A stretch of DNA of 64,000 nucleotides from contig NC_091473.1 of assembly GCF_036971445.1 (NCBI RefSeq), positions 205,094,377-205,158,376 of the forward strand, written 5' to 3'. Shown piece after piece: positions 46,679-58,885 of this stretch (position 1 is its first letter; each line of letters opens with the position of its first letter). Origin of the DNA: Narcine bancroftii. Lineage: Eukaryota. A model generated the notes under the pieces. It saw only the letters and a list, made by a program, of their open reading frames with translations, was not told where the DNA came from and ran no database searches. The position numbers and the translations under genes were made by a program.

Positions 46679-46925
46679 GGCAGCATGGTTAGCATAGAGG
46701 TTGGCGCAATGCTGTTACAGCACCAGCAATCGGGACTGGGACTTAAATCCTGCGCTGTCTATACATTCTTCCTGAGTCTGCGTGGGTTTTCCCTGGGGGC
46801 TCCGGTTTCCTCCCACCATTTGAAACGTACCAGGGGGTGTAAGTCAATGGGATGTAAATTGGGTGGGACGGGCTCATGGCCCGAAATGGCCTGTTAACGT
46901 GCTGCATGTCTAAATTTAAAAAAAT
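46679..46925 (+). mobile_element. tRNA-derived SINE (full-length-looking, A-rich tail)
   Basis: gggcagcatggttagcatagaggttggcgcaatgctgttacagcaccagcaatcgggactgggacttaaatcc...gtgggttttccctgggggctccggtttcctcccaccatttgaaacgtacc...ggcccgaaatggcctgtt...aaatttaaaaaaattaaatt. Same family as 26900-27245. Confidence 0.75.
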
Positions 46926-46929
46926 TAAA

Positions 46930-49070
46930 TTCCTCTCCCCTTCACATGCTCCTCCGCTCCTCATTCTGTTCTCCCCCTCCTCTACCATTTGTCCTTCCTC
47001 CTGCCTCACCTCCCTGTCCATCCACTCTTTCCTCTCCAAATCCCTTCCCCACTCCCTCTTCCTCCTGCCTCCCTACCCCTCTCCTCCCTATCCTTACTCT
47101 CCCCTTTTCACCCGTCTCTTAACCCATCATCCCCACTCCCCTTCCCACTGCTCCTCCCTCTCCCCCACCCTCCCTAACTATCAACTCAATACCTCCTCTC
47201 CTCCGCACTATCCACTCCTTCCTTTCCCCTCTCTTCTCCTCCACCTTCTCCCCTACCACCTCGCCACTCTTCACTCCTATCCTCTGCTCTACCTTTTACC
47301 TCTGCCACTCTCCCCTTCATCTCTCCCATCCTCTCCTGACCCCTGCCTTGCCACCTACTCTCTTCAATCCACTCTAGCTGCCATCTCTCCCCAATCCATC
47401 CCTCTCTCCATCCTCCTCCCGTTCCATCCCTCTTCTCTAATCCCCACTCTTCTTCATCCCCCTCTCAGTTCCCCTCCCTCTATTTTCTCTCTCTCCACCC
47501 TACCATCCCTGCTCCCTACCACCTTCCCCCCTCACTCCTCCTAACCCTTTCCGCTTCCCTCCCCAATTGCTCCCCTCTCCTATTCCCCCACACCCTCTAC
47601 TCCAGTTTCCCCACCTCCTTTCCTTTGCCCAAACCCCTTCCTTCCTTCCCCACCCTCCCTTCCCTGCTCTCTCGTTCCCCACCACCTTCCTTCCTTCCCT
47701 GCCCCTGTTCCTCCCCATCTCTTCTTCCTTGCACCTCATCCCCTCTTCCTTCCCCACCTCCTCTTCCTTCCTTCCCCACCCTCCCTTCCCTGCTCTCTCT
47801 TTCCCCACCCTCCCTTCCCTGCTCTCTCTTTCCCCACCCCTTCCTTCCCTGCCCCTGTTCCTCACCATCTCTTCTTCCTTGCACCTCATCCCCTTACTTC
47901 CCCACCTCCTCTTCCTTCCCCCATCCCCACTTCCTTCCTTCCGCCACCCACTTCCTTCCTTCCGCCACCCACTTCCTTCCTTGCCCCTCTTCCTTCCTTG
48001 CCCCTCTTCCTTCCTTGCCCCTCTTCCTTCCTTGCCCCTCTTCCTTCCCTGCCCCTCTTCCTTCCCCGCCCCTCTTCCTTCCCCGCCCCTCTTCCTTCCC
48101 CGCCCCTCTTCCTTCCCCGCCCCTCTTCCTTCCCCGCCCCTCTTCCTTCCCCGCCCCTCTTCCTTCCCCACCCCTCTTCCTTCCCCCACCCACTCTTCCT
48201 TCCCCCACCCCTCTTCCTTCCCCCACCCACTCTTACTTCCCCCACCCACTCTTCCTTCTCCCCACCTTCTTTCTTCCTTCCACCCACCTATCCTTCTCCC
48301 CACCCACCCCTGTTCCTTCCCCACCCCACTTCCTTCTCACCACCCTCTACTCTTCCTTCCCCAACCCCTCCTCTTCCTTCCCCCACCCTTTTCCCACCCC
48401 CTGTTCCTTCCACCCATCCCGTTCCTTCCTCCCGCCCTTCCCCCCCACCCCATCCTCTTCTTTCCCCCCACCCCCTCCAGTTTCTTCCCCCACCCCCTCC
48501 TCTTCCTTCCCCAACCCCTCCCTTTCCCCACCCATTCTTCTTCCTTTACCCACCCACTGTTCCTTCCCTCCACCCCATTCCTTCCTCCCACCCTTCCCCC
48601 ACCCCATCCTCTTCTTTTCCCCATCCCCTCCAGTTTCTTCCCCCACCCCCTTCCTTTCCCACCGCTTCTTCTTTCTTCCCCCCCACCCCATTCTTTCCTC
48701 CCACCCTTCCCCCACCCCCTTCCTTTCCCACCACTTCTTCTTTCTTCCCCCCACCCCTGTTCCTTCCTCACACCCCCTCCAGTTCCTTCCCCCACCCATT
48801 TCCTTCCTTTCCCACCCCCTCCTTCCCCCACTCCACTTCCTTCCCCACCCCTTCTTTTCTTCCCCCACCCCTGTTCCTTCCTCACACCCCCTCCTTTACC
48901 CCCACCCCCTCCAGTTCCTTTCCCCACCCCCCTTCTTGCTCCCACCCCCCTTCTTGCTCCCACCCCCCTTCTTGCTCCCACCCCCCTTCTTGCTCCCACC
49001 CCCCTTCTTGCTCCCACCCCCCTTCTTGCTCCCACCCCCCTTCTTGCTCCCACCCCCCTTCCTTCCCCCC
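46930..49070. repeat. Pyrimidine-rich (CCTTCC-type) low-complexity block, ~2.1 kb, including an 18-bp x 9 tandem repeat (ccccttcttgctcccacc) at 48925-49060
   Basis: Direct reading. The 520-530-aa ORFs here are Pro/Ser/Leu low-complexity translations. Confidence 0.85.
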
Positions 49071-49074
49071 CACC

Positions 49075-49400
49075 TCGTTCGCAGTTTCCACGGACGCGAA
49101 GGTTCCTCGGCCCTGCGGACGTCACATGACCTTGCGCGCGTTGGTGCGGGTGATTGGCTGGAGCGGAAGCGAATGAAAGGGCGTGAACGGCCTCGCGCTG
49201 CGGTAGCGAACGGATGATCCGAGCAGCAATGGCGGAACGCGGAGGAGCTGAGCATCCCTCAGCTGGGCCACTACCACCCCCCCCCCCCCCCCCCCCGTGG
49301 ACGCTGCGAGACACACTGAGTCCCGTCCACCCAACTAATGGGGTTAACTTTATGACATCCCTCTGGACATGCGGAGTTCTCCTCGGTACGTTTCTCTGGT
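49075..49400. promoter_or_regulatory. CpG-rich island with a CCAAT box (minus orientation, 49165-49169), a CRE/E-box-like gacgtcacatgac, candidate divergent first exons on both strands
   Basis: The segment is very CpG-dense relative to its surroundings. Plus strand has ATGGCGGAACGCGGAGG followed by the donor CTCCTCG|gtacgtttc at ~49386. Minus strand has the donor cgaacgag|gtggggggg at ~49075. Confidence 0.45.
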
Positions 49401-49739
49401 AGATCTGATGATTTGCACTGGACGACATTTCTCCGCAGGCCTAAGATTTCTTTCCCCTCCTTTTTATTTCTATAAAATATATTTTATCCATTTTATGTAT
49501 TGTTTCCTTGAGGGGTTGGTTGGGGCGCGAGGGGCTTTTCGGGGATGGGTCAAAATCATCAATTTGTTTTTTTTAATCGTAATAACTATAGTTACTGCAT
49601 GTGTGGAATTGTAATTATAAATAATATTTTTAAAATGGAGACCTACTGAGTTCCACCAACATTTCTGTATTTTTGGCCTGGAACTGTGGCGTCATGAGGG
49701 TTGGTGTCACCCGAAACGGTAACTTATAGACCCCCTCTC

Positions 49740-50300
49740 AGCCCCCATGGATCCCCTCCCGTACCAGACCATTGAGAATCTTTCCCTCCCCCCGCCACCC
49801 CCCCCCCCCGACCTCCTCCCGTACCAGATCAGACAGAATCTCCCCTTCCCCCATGGACCTCCCATAGCAGACCATACAGAATCCCTCCTTCTGTACCAGA
49901 ATCTTCGCCCCCCCCCTCACCCCCATTGGACCTCCTCCCATACCAGACCATACAGAATCTCCCCTCCATGGACCTCCTCTGTAACACCATACAGAATCCG
50001 CTCCCCCATGAACCTCCAACCGTAACAGACCATACAGAATTCCACCCCCCCCCCCGTGAAACTCCTCCTGTAACAGACCATCCAGCATTCCCCCCTCCAT
50101 GGATATCCTCCTGAAAGACCAGACAGGATACCCCCTCCGATGGATCCCCTCCCGTACCAGACCATACAGAATCCCCCCTCCACGGACCTCTTCCCATACC
50201 AGACAGTACAGAATCCCACCCCACCCCCTGCAGACCTTCTCCAGTACCACACCATACAGAATTCCCCCCAATGGACTGCCTCCCGTACCACATTCGGAAA
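49740..50300. repeat. Tandem repeat, ~45-60-bp unit (ggacctcctcccgtaccagaccatacagaatcccccctccat), ~10 copies
   Basis: Direct reading. Confidence 0.8.
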
Positions 50301-51639
50301 GTTTAGTAAAGTTTTTTTTGTACTATTTTACTAATAAATCGTAATTCCCATATATCGTTTAATTATATGAACTAGATGGTATAAATACTAACAATAAAAT
50401 TGTTTTGTAAAATCCTTTTACATTGAATTACAACATTATTAGTTACAACGTTATTCGTAACTGATCAGAAGTCTTTTTAAATTTTTTTCCTTCTTATCTT
50501 TAATTACTACTTAATTCTCAAAAAAAAGTTTTGATACAGGTTCCAAAATACTAATTACCACAATATTGTAGCTAAAACACTGGAAAATTTGACAAAAGCA
50601 GTGACCATAAAAACACCAGCAGCAACGAAAAAAACAACACTTGCTTGTTTTTCCGTGCAAATTAAATCACGTGATTCAAAGCTTCATTGGGTAATAATGA
50701 CAGCTCTGATTGGAGTGCATTAGAAGGTTCAAAAGGTAAATTAGCAGTGGTAGATATATTGATCCATGTAAGCTGGGCTTACAAAAAATGTTTGTTGTCA
50801 TAACTAACTATAGGGATATTTTTATAAATTTTTTTTTATAAATTCCTGCTGAAACTGCACAAAAATTTAATAGACAGGTAAATACCCTCTGATGGTGTCA
50901 CCTGATGCGGTCCACACAACCCAAGTAACGCCAGTGAGGGTTGTGGCAGGAGCACTGGCCAACAGGCAAGAGGCCATGGGTGGACATGGATAGGGAAGAG
51001 GGGAGCTCTGTGAATGCAGAGCTGGAAGAAAGGAGTTGGAAGGATAGGGAAAGTGAGATAAGGGGGAAACACAAAAGCGATTATTATCCTCCTGCCCACA
51101 TATTTACAAACTACCCTGAACCCTAACCTTAGATTTGACACTAGATCTACCAGATTGTGAGCAAGTTGGTATGTGGGTTTGTCCTCAGTTTGAACAGTCT
51201 GAAGCCCACCACTCCGCTCCCACGCCGATAGCCCGCCACCAGCCCCCAATGATTGATAGCAGTGATTACTTAAGGTGGTATGTACATGGAAAGAAGTTTG
51301 AAATCCACGTCTTTCACTCAATACTTGCAGTGGATTTCCCCAAACTCTTTTATAAATTGTATGCATATGTTTTATCAAATTGTGCGTGTATTTTCCCATG
51401 CTCTTTTATATATTCTGTGTATGCTTTATTAAATTGTGCATGTTTTTTTCCATGCTCTTTCATATTGTGTGCGTATATGCTTTATTCCCATGTTCTTCTA
51501 TTAATTGTGTGTTAATAAAAGTAATGTTTAATAGCAAACCCTTTGTTCAGACTCGTCTCTCAGGGACCTGACACTTTCTCAACTGAACAATGACCAGAGT
51601 GGGGACCAACAGCATCACTGTCAGCGTTACTCACCATGT

Positions 51640-54600
51640 CACCCTAATTTCAACCTGGTATATTATATAACCATATAACCATTTACGGAGCAAAGGTCGT
51701 GTCGGCCTTTGGAGTCCGCACCGGTACAAGAACAACTCCACTAGCTCAAACCTCCCGCTCATCGCCAATAACCCGCCAACCTCCTCACCTCCATGTACAC
51801 ATCCAACCTTCTCTTGAATGACCGAAGGGACCCCGACGCAACTATCTCATTTGGTAGTTCATTCCATTCTGCCACCTCTCACTGAGTGAAAAAGCCACCT
51901 CTAATATTTCTCCTAAAGTGTTGCCCCCTTACCCTTAACTCATGGCCTCTTGTTCCAACCGCCCCTGCCCTCAGGGGAAAAAGTCTGTTTATGTCTAATC
52001 TATCCCTTTCATAATTTTAAATACCTCTATCAAGTCCCCTCTCAATCATCTGCGTTCCAATGAATAAAGTCCCAATCTCCTTAATCTCTCCCTGTAATCC
52101 AGATGCTGTAAGCCAGACAACATCCTTGTAAACCTTATCTGCACCCTATCCACCTTATCTATATTCTTTCTATAATTTGGAGACCAGAATTGAGCACAGT
52201 ACTCCAAACCTGGCCTCACCAATGCCTTAAACAGCTGCAGCATCACCTCCCAGTTCCTATACTCTATACTATGATTTATGAAGGCCAGCATACCATATGC
52301 CTTCTTAATCACCCTGTCTACATGGGAATCTACCTGCAGTGAACTCTGTACCATAACCCCCAGGTCCCTTTGCTCCTCTGTGTGCCTCAATGCCCTCCCC
52401 TTAACTGTATTTTTACTGAAATGCAACACCTCACACTTGTCTACATTGAATTCCATCTGCCATCATTCAGCCCACTCTTCCAAACAAACCAAATCCTTCT
52501 GTAATCCAAGAAAATCTACCTCACTATCCACCACTCCCCCTATTTTCATATCATCTGCATATTTGGTTACCTAGTTAACCACACCCTCCTCTAAATCATT
52601 AATCTTCTTCTTTGGCTTGGCTTCGCAGACGAAGATTTATTGAGGGGTATGTCCACATCTGCTGCAGGCTCGTTGGTGACTGACAAGTCCGATGCAGGAC
52701 AGGCAGGCACGGTTGCAGCGGTTGCAAGGGAAAATTGGTTGGTTGGGGTTGGGTGTTGGATTTTTCCTCCTTTGTCTTTTGTCAGTGAGGTGGGCTCTGA
52801 GGTCTTCTTCAAAGGAGGTTGCTGCCCGCCGAACTGTGAGGTGCCAAGATGCATGGTTGGAGGCAATATCAGCCCACTGGCGGTGGTCAATGTGGCAGGC
52901 ACCAAGAGATTTCTTTAAGCAGTCCTTGTACCTCTTCTTTGGTGCACCTCTGTCTCGGTGGCCAGTGGAGAGCTCGCCATATAACACGATCTCGGGAAGG
53001 CGATGGTCCTCCATTCTGGAGACGTGACCCACCCAGCGCAGTTGGGTCTTCAGCAGCGTGGATTCGATGCTTGCGGATTCTGCCAGCTCGAGTACTTCGA
53101 TGTTGGTGATGAAGTCATTCCAATGAATGTTGAGGATGGAGCGGAGACAGCGCTGAATTAATATAAATCATTAATATAAATGATAAACAACAAGGGACCC
53201 AGCACCGATCCCTGAGGCACCCTGCTTGTCACAGGCTTCCAACCTGACATACAGTTGTCCACCATGACTCTGTGTCTATCTCCCAGCCACCTCTGAATCC
53301 ATGTTACGATCTCTCTACTAATTCCTAGTGACTGAACCTTCCTTATTAACCTTCCATGCGGAACATTATCAAAAGCCTTACTAAAATCCAAATAGATCAC
53401 ATCCACTACTCTACCTTCATCCACTTTTTTTGTTACTTCCTCAAAAAACTCAACAAGGTTCGTCAAACATGACTTTCCTTTAACAAACCCATGCTGGGTG
53501 CCCCTAATCAATCCCTGCCTATCCAGATATGCGTATATACTATCTTGAAGAATACCCTCCATAACCTTCCCCACCACCGAAGTCAAAACTTATTGGCCGA
53601 GAATTACTTGGCCTTCACCTACTGCCTTTTTTGAACAATTTAACAATATTTGCAATCCTCCAATCCTGTGGTACCACCCCCTCCTCCAGTGATCTTTGAA
53701 AAATCACTGTCAGAGCCTCTGCTATTTGTTCCCTGACTTCCCTTAAAGTCCTGGGGAAAATCCCATCAGGACCAGGAGACATATCCACCTTAATTGACCC
53801 GAGAAGCTACAAAACTCTCACTTTACTAATCCATATCCTTTCCATAACTAAGCCCTTTGCCTCTCTTATCTCATATAGCCCAATGCCCCTTTCCCTCGTG
53901 AATACGGACGAAAAAAAACATTCAATATTTCTCCTATCTCATACGGTTCCTGACATAGTTCACTGGTCCCATCATCCAGTGCCCCTATTCTATCCTTAAC
54001 CCTTCTTTTGATGTTCACATATCTGTAAAAACCCTTAGGATTCACCTTCGCCTTATTAGCTATGGACTCCTCATACCTTCTTTTTGCCTTTCTAATTTCC
54101 CTCTTAAGGTTCTTCCTGCAATTTAAGTAACGACCATACAATCCCTTGTTTTTTTTTATATTTGGTATAGGCCTCCCTCTTGTCCCGAACTAACTTCTTA
54201 ATTTCACCAGAAAACCACGGCTCCCTCAAACCTTTAGTCTTCCCCTTTGGCCTGACTGGAACATAAAGATCCTGTACTCTCAAAATCTCACCCCTAAATG
54301 CCCCCCAAATTTCCTTTACATCCTTTCTGGCAAAAAGATCAGCCCACACAACTCTCTGCAAATTCCTTCTAATTTCTCCAAATCTGGCCTTCCCCCACTC
54401 GAAGACCTTCAACCTCAGACCCGACCTATCCCTTTCCATCATTAAGCTAAAGCTAATGGACCCATGATCACTGGATCCAAAGTTCTCTCCAACGCTTACC
54501 TCCGTCACCTGCCCCATTGCATTCCCAAACGACAGATCTAAAACTGCTCCCTCTCTAGTTGGCGTCTCAACATATTGTTGCAAAACGCAATCTTGAACAC

Positions 54601-54650
54601 AATGCATAAATACTAAGCCATTCTGCCCTTTTACTGACTGCATTTCCTAA
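51640..54650 (-). mobile_element. CR1/L2-like LINE (EN C-terminus, linker, RT, 3' region), with a nested LINE-A fragment
   Basis: Minus ORFs MQSVKGQNGLV...SDHGSISFSL... (EN), ...[25 protein letters not shown]...[42 protein letters not shown] (RT), MEFNVDKCEVLHFSKN...LVRPGLEYCAQFWSPNYRKNIDKVDRVQIRFTRMLSGLQHLDYRERLRRLGLYSLERR, then a 3' region with ...FFTQ-EV.EWNELPNEIV.... Confidence 0.85.
52601..53150 (-). mobile_element. LINE-A 3' fragment nested inside the CR1 RT (replaces ~150 bp around the FADD box)
   Basis: ...MEDHRLPEIVLYGELSTGHRDRGAPKKRYKDCLKKSL...CNRCNRACLSCIGLVSHQRACS. Reverse complement of 52601-52645 gives ...CTTCGTCTGCGAAGCCAAGCCAAAGAAGAAGAT. Confidence 0.85.
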
Positions 54651-54659
54651 TCTATGTTT

Positions 54660-57600
54660 GCGTTTTACAAACAAGGTTCAATCAATAATGCAAACAAATC
54701 TGGTGAGTTGATCGAGTTACCTTAAAAGATTCTGAAATAAAACCATTCGTCAATACTCTAGCTACCAGTTTACTTTCTAGAGCCCCAATCCAACCAATAA
54801 AAGAAGGACCAAACTTCTCCAAAACTTTGAACAAAAAAATCCATTAAACTCTATCAAATGCTTTTTCTGCATCTAACGATATCACCATTGGATGATCTAA
54901 AGATTTTCGGAATCTATTAATCAAACTAATCACTCACAAAATATTATCTGAAGCATATCTATTCTTTATAAAACCTCTTTGATCAATATGTATAAACTTT
55001 GGTAAAAATTTAGCCAATCCATTCGCTAATGCTTTAGGTATTATTTTATAATCTACATTTAACAACGAAATTGGTCTATGTGAAGATGCCTTCAAAGGAT
55101 CTCTATCTTTTTTTTAAGGGATTACTGTAATTAAAGCACTAGAACAAGACTCAGGTAAATCATAATATTCTCCAACTTGATGTAATATATCCCCAAACAC
55201 TGTAGATAAATCATCATTAAAAAATTTATAAAATTCAACCGAAAATCCATCATCACCAGGCGATTTACCATTTGGCATTTCCAGCATAGCCATTTAAATT
55301 TCCGAATCAGTAAACGGTTCTTCTAACTCCTGTATATCTCCATCCTCTAATATCGGTAAATTCAACTGTGATTTAAAAAATCAGTCGATCCAGTTTCCTG
55401 TTTTCCTTCAGATGTATATAACTTTTTTATAAAATGAATAAAATTCATCATTAATCTCATGAGGTTTATAAGTAATAAAAGAATTCCGTCTAACAGCATT
55501 AATAGTCCTTGATATCTGTTCTTTCTTTAATTGCCACGCCAGTACCTTATGTTCTTTCTCTCCCCATTTGTAATGCCATTGTTTAGTCCTATTAATCACA
55601 CATTCAAATTAATAAGATTGTAGGGTTTTATATTTCAATTTCAACCGAGATAATTCTAGTTTCTAATCTTCTGTAGCATCTTTCTGAAATTCCTTTTCTA
55701 ACTCATCGATCTGTTTCTCTAATTCAAGACTCTGATTTAATCGATTCTTTTTTTATTTTAGAAGTATAACTAATTATTTGTCTTCTCAAATAGGCTTTCA
55801 TAGCATCCCATAATACAAACTTACTTTGAACAGATTTAGAATTTTCTTTAAAAAAAATTTAATTTGTTTTTTTCAAAAAATCAATAAATTCCGTATTTTT
55901 AACAACATTGTATTAAATCTCCAACGATAAGCTATTTGAATTTTCTCAGAAGTTTCAAATGTAAAATATAACAGAGAATGATCTGAAATCACCCTAGTTT
56001 TATATTCCGCTTGTTGTATATTCCCTTGTAAATGTGCTGATACTAAAAAGAAATCAATCCTTGAAAACGATTCATGTCTAGATGAATAAAAGGAAAAATC
56101 TTTCTCTGTCAGATTAAGACGTCTCCAAATATCTACTAAATTAAGATCTTTCATCAATGCTTGGATCTGGATTTCCATCTTGGATTTTTTAACTTTCTTT
56201 GGAGATTTATCTAATAAAGGTTCCAAAACACAATTAAAATCACCACCAACTAAAATATTATCTTTAGCCTGTCCCAAACATAAAAATGCATCTGAAATAA
56301 ATACTTCATCATGTGCATTTGAAGCATAAATATTAAGTAAAATCCAAAATCCACTAAAAATCTTACAATTCAGTTTAAGAATACATCCTGCCTTTTCCTC
56401 CATTGATTGTAATTCAAAAGATAATGTTTTATGTAACAAAATTGCTACACCTTGAGCTCTAGAATTAAATGAAGAAAATTATACATGCCCAACCCAATCA
56501 ATTTTTAATTTCACTTTCCTTCACATTCAAATGTGTTTCTTGTAAAAAGGCAATATCACTTTTCATTTTCTTAATATACGCCAAGAGTCGCTTATGTTGA
56601 ATCGGACTATTTAATCCTCGAACATTAAAAGTAGCAAACCTCAACATTGACATATCTACTATTATTGCTAAATGCCAATAATATCTTTATATAAGAACTC
56701 AAATCAACGTATATAGGCCCTCCAATAAAAAAAAATCACAAATTAAAAACTAAGAAAAAAGTAAAAAAAAACAATAACCCTCCCCAAAAAAAAACTACCA
56801 AAAGGTAGTTATCCCCTAAACAAAAATTGGGTGTGGATCACCAACCAGTGGCTGATGACTAGTAGAGAACTTAATGCAAATCTCCCCCTCCCCAGCCAAA
56901 CAATCAGTAACTTCCAAGTATCATAATAACAAAAGAAAAAAATAAAATAAGAAAATTCTTCTTTTCATCCAAAAGACTCCAGTCTCAAAGTTCCCATTTT
57001 GGAAGAAGGTGGACTCTTTCCATTCCCATTTTTCCTATTTCTGCCATTTCTTCTGTTTCCAGAACTACAATTTTTTTCTTTAGGAGATAATGGTGAGCTT
57101 CGTCTTTGTCTTCTTATATCCGGCAATGAGTCAGCAAAAATCATTGCTTCACAATCAGTTTCAAAAAACCGAAATTGATAGTCTCCATAAACTGGATTAA
57201 ATTGACATCGACGTTGAATGACATCTTGACTCAGATCAGGATAAAAAAAAGACTCTACTATTCTGAACCAATAATGGGGTTTGTCGTCTCGCATTTTGTA
57301 CTGCAAGTCGAAGTATTGCTTCTCTATCCAAATAACTCAGACATCGAATTATTACCGGTCTCGGGGGTTGACCAGCTGAGGGTATTCTTCTAAAAGCTCT
57401 TTGGGCTCTTTCCAGTGCCAATCCCCTGGAGAAACATTCTTGCCCTAATATTTTGTGGAATCCAGACTTTAAAGAAATGAAGAGGGTCTTGTCCTTCTAT
57501 ACCTTCTGGCAAACCAACAATTTTCACATTATTCCTTCTGCTTTGATTTTCCAAATAATCTATTTTTCTTTCTAGCTCCTTCTCATGATCTCCTAATTCT

Positions 57601-58240
57601 ATGACTGATTTTTCCACCTTCAACACTTTTTCTGTGTTAGAAGTCACTTGTTGTTTACAGTCCAAAAAAGCAGTCTGAATTTTTTTAAATTCTTCAAAAG
57701 ATGCATCCACACGTGCCTTAACCATATTTAATTCTGTACTTATACCAGCATTCATTTGAACCATCTCATTCATTAGAGATTCAACATAGGTTGAATAACT
57801 GCATTTAATTGCATACATTGTGAATCCGTAAATCTAGGGAGTCGCCGCTGGTCTCCCTCCCCTCCCACCCCCCCCCACCCCATCTTGTTGTCTTCTCATC
57901 CATTCGCAAACAAAAACGACTTCTTCAGATTGTAATGCTGCCTGATGCATTTCCTTTTTAGCCTCCACAGGCGGTCCTTGGGATTTAGGCAATGAAGAAA
58001 CTGAGCCTGGGGCTGCTTCAAGTCGTCTAGGCCCCAAATCTTCAGCACTTCGAAAATGTATTTTCTTTTCAACTTGAGATTTAGTCTTTTTACCATTAGT
58101 GGCCATAATAATTCCTTAATACTTTAAACTAAAATTTAAAAAATTTAAAATTGGAAACAAAGGGTTAAAAACAGGTATTTAAAAGTCCAGCCAGAGAGGT
58201 CGAGATTGCACGTCGAGACTCTACGCCATCTTACCACGCC
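54660..58240 (-). mobile_element. L1-clade non-LTR retrotransposon copy B (5'UTR, ORF1, ORF2 EN and RT), degenerate, 3' part missing
   Basis: RT ...PISLLNVDYKII...LDAEKAFDRV at 54660-55400. EN ...GGDFNCVLEPLLDKS...LVDIWR at 55873-56439. ORF1 ...RRNNVKIVGLPEGIEGQ... at 57390-57818 and ...FYPDLSQDV... at 56965-57306. Confidence 0.8.
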
Positions 58241-58452
58241 CCATCTCCAGCTTTAACCTAATGAAAGTTGACAATTCCCCAAAATGTTACCCTCTCCCTC
58301 GTATGTTCTCGCTCTGCTTACTCATTTACACAGCCTGTGTTTATTAAACCTCCTCACGGTTTCTCTCTCTCTCTCTCTGTTACGTCGGACGTGGGATCGC
58401 GCTCTTATATGGTGGAACATTTGTAAAATATCCTTGCTCCGAAATGAGTCTT

Positions 58453-58885
58453 TGCATAATTTTCCTACTGAACTGTTGACTGATTCTATGCACCGTTCTG
58501 CCTGGTGAGACAGATTGGCCAGCACTTATCCAACGAGATTCGTTCCGACCCGATGCAGTCCCATAATCTGTTTTGTTCCAGGGACGATTGGGAACGATTC
58601 AATGATTCAGGAACCCGCGGAATTGTCAGTCAATGAAGAGCAGATCGTATCACTGAGCTGCAGTTACTCGATGGTTGCTAACGCATATGTTTGGTACATT
58701 CAACGATCTGGAGAATCTCCCAAATATTTGCTTGAAATCTACACGTCAGGAGACGTGGTTCCGCTCCTGATTGTCCGCAGAGAATATCGGATTCATTGGA
58801 GAAAAAGAGTCAGACATTCCACCTCAACATCACTAAAAGTCTTGTGAAGGATTCCGCGTGTGTCTCTGCGCCGTGAGACACGCAC
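58453..58885 (+). pseudogene. TCR alpha/delta-type V gene segment V1 (leader part 1 at 58453-58513, intron, V exon at 58582-58878, RSS remnant) - pseudogene
   Basis: Leader ATGAGTCTTTGCATAATTTTCCTACTGAACTGTTGA... has an in-frame TGA, and donor CTG|gtgagac. V exon ...EPAELSVNEEQIVSLSCSYSMVANAYVWYIQRSGESPKYLLEIYTSGD... is then frameshifted relative to its paralog V2. Heptamer-like CACGCAC is present, but the nonamer and half the spacer are deleted relative to V2. Confidence 0.8.

Noticed and set aside
47567-49217. Several overlapping 390-530-aa ORFs on both strands (Pro/Ser/Leu-rich or Gly/Arg/Glu-rich)
   Set aside because: They lie entirely within the polypyrimidine/polypurine low-complexity block. 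Composition-driven open frames, not genes.
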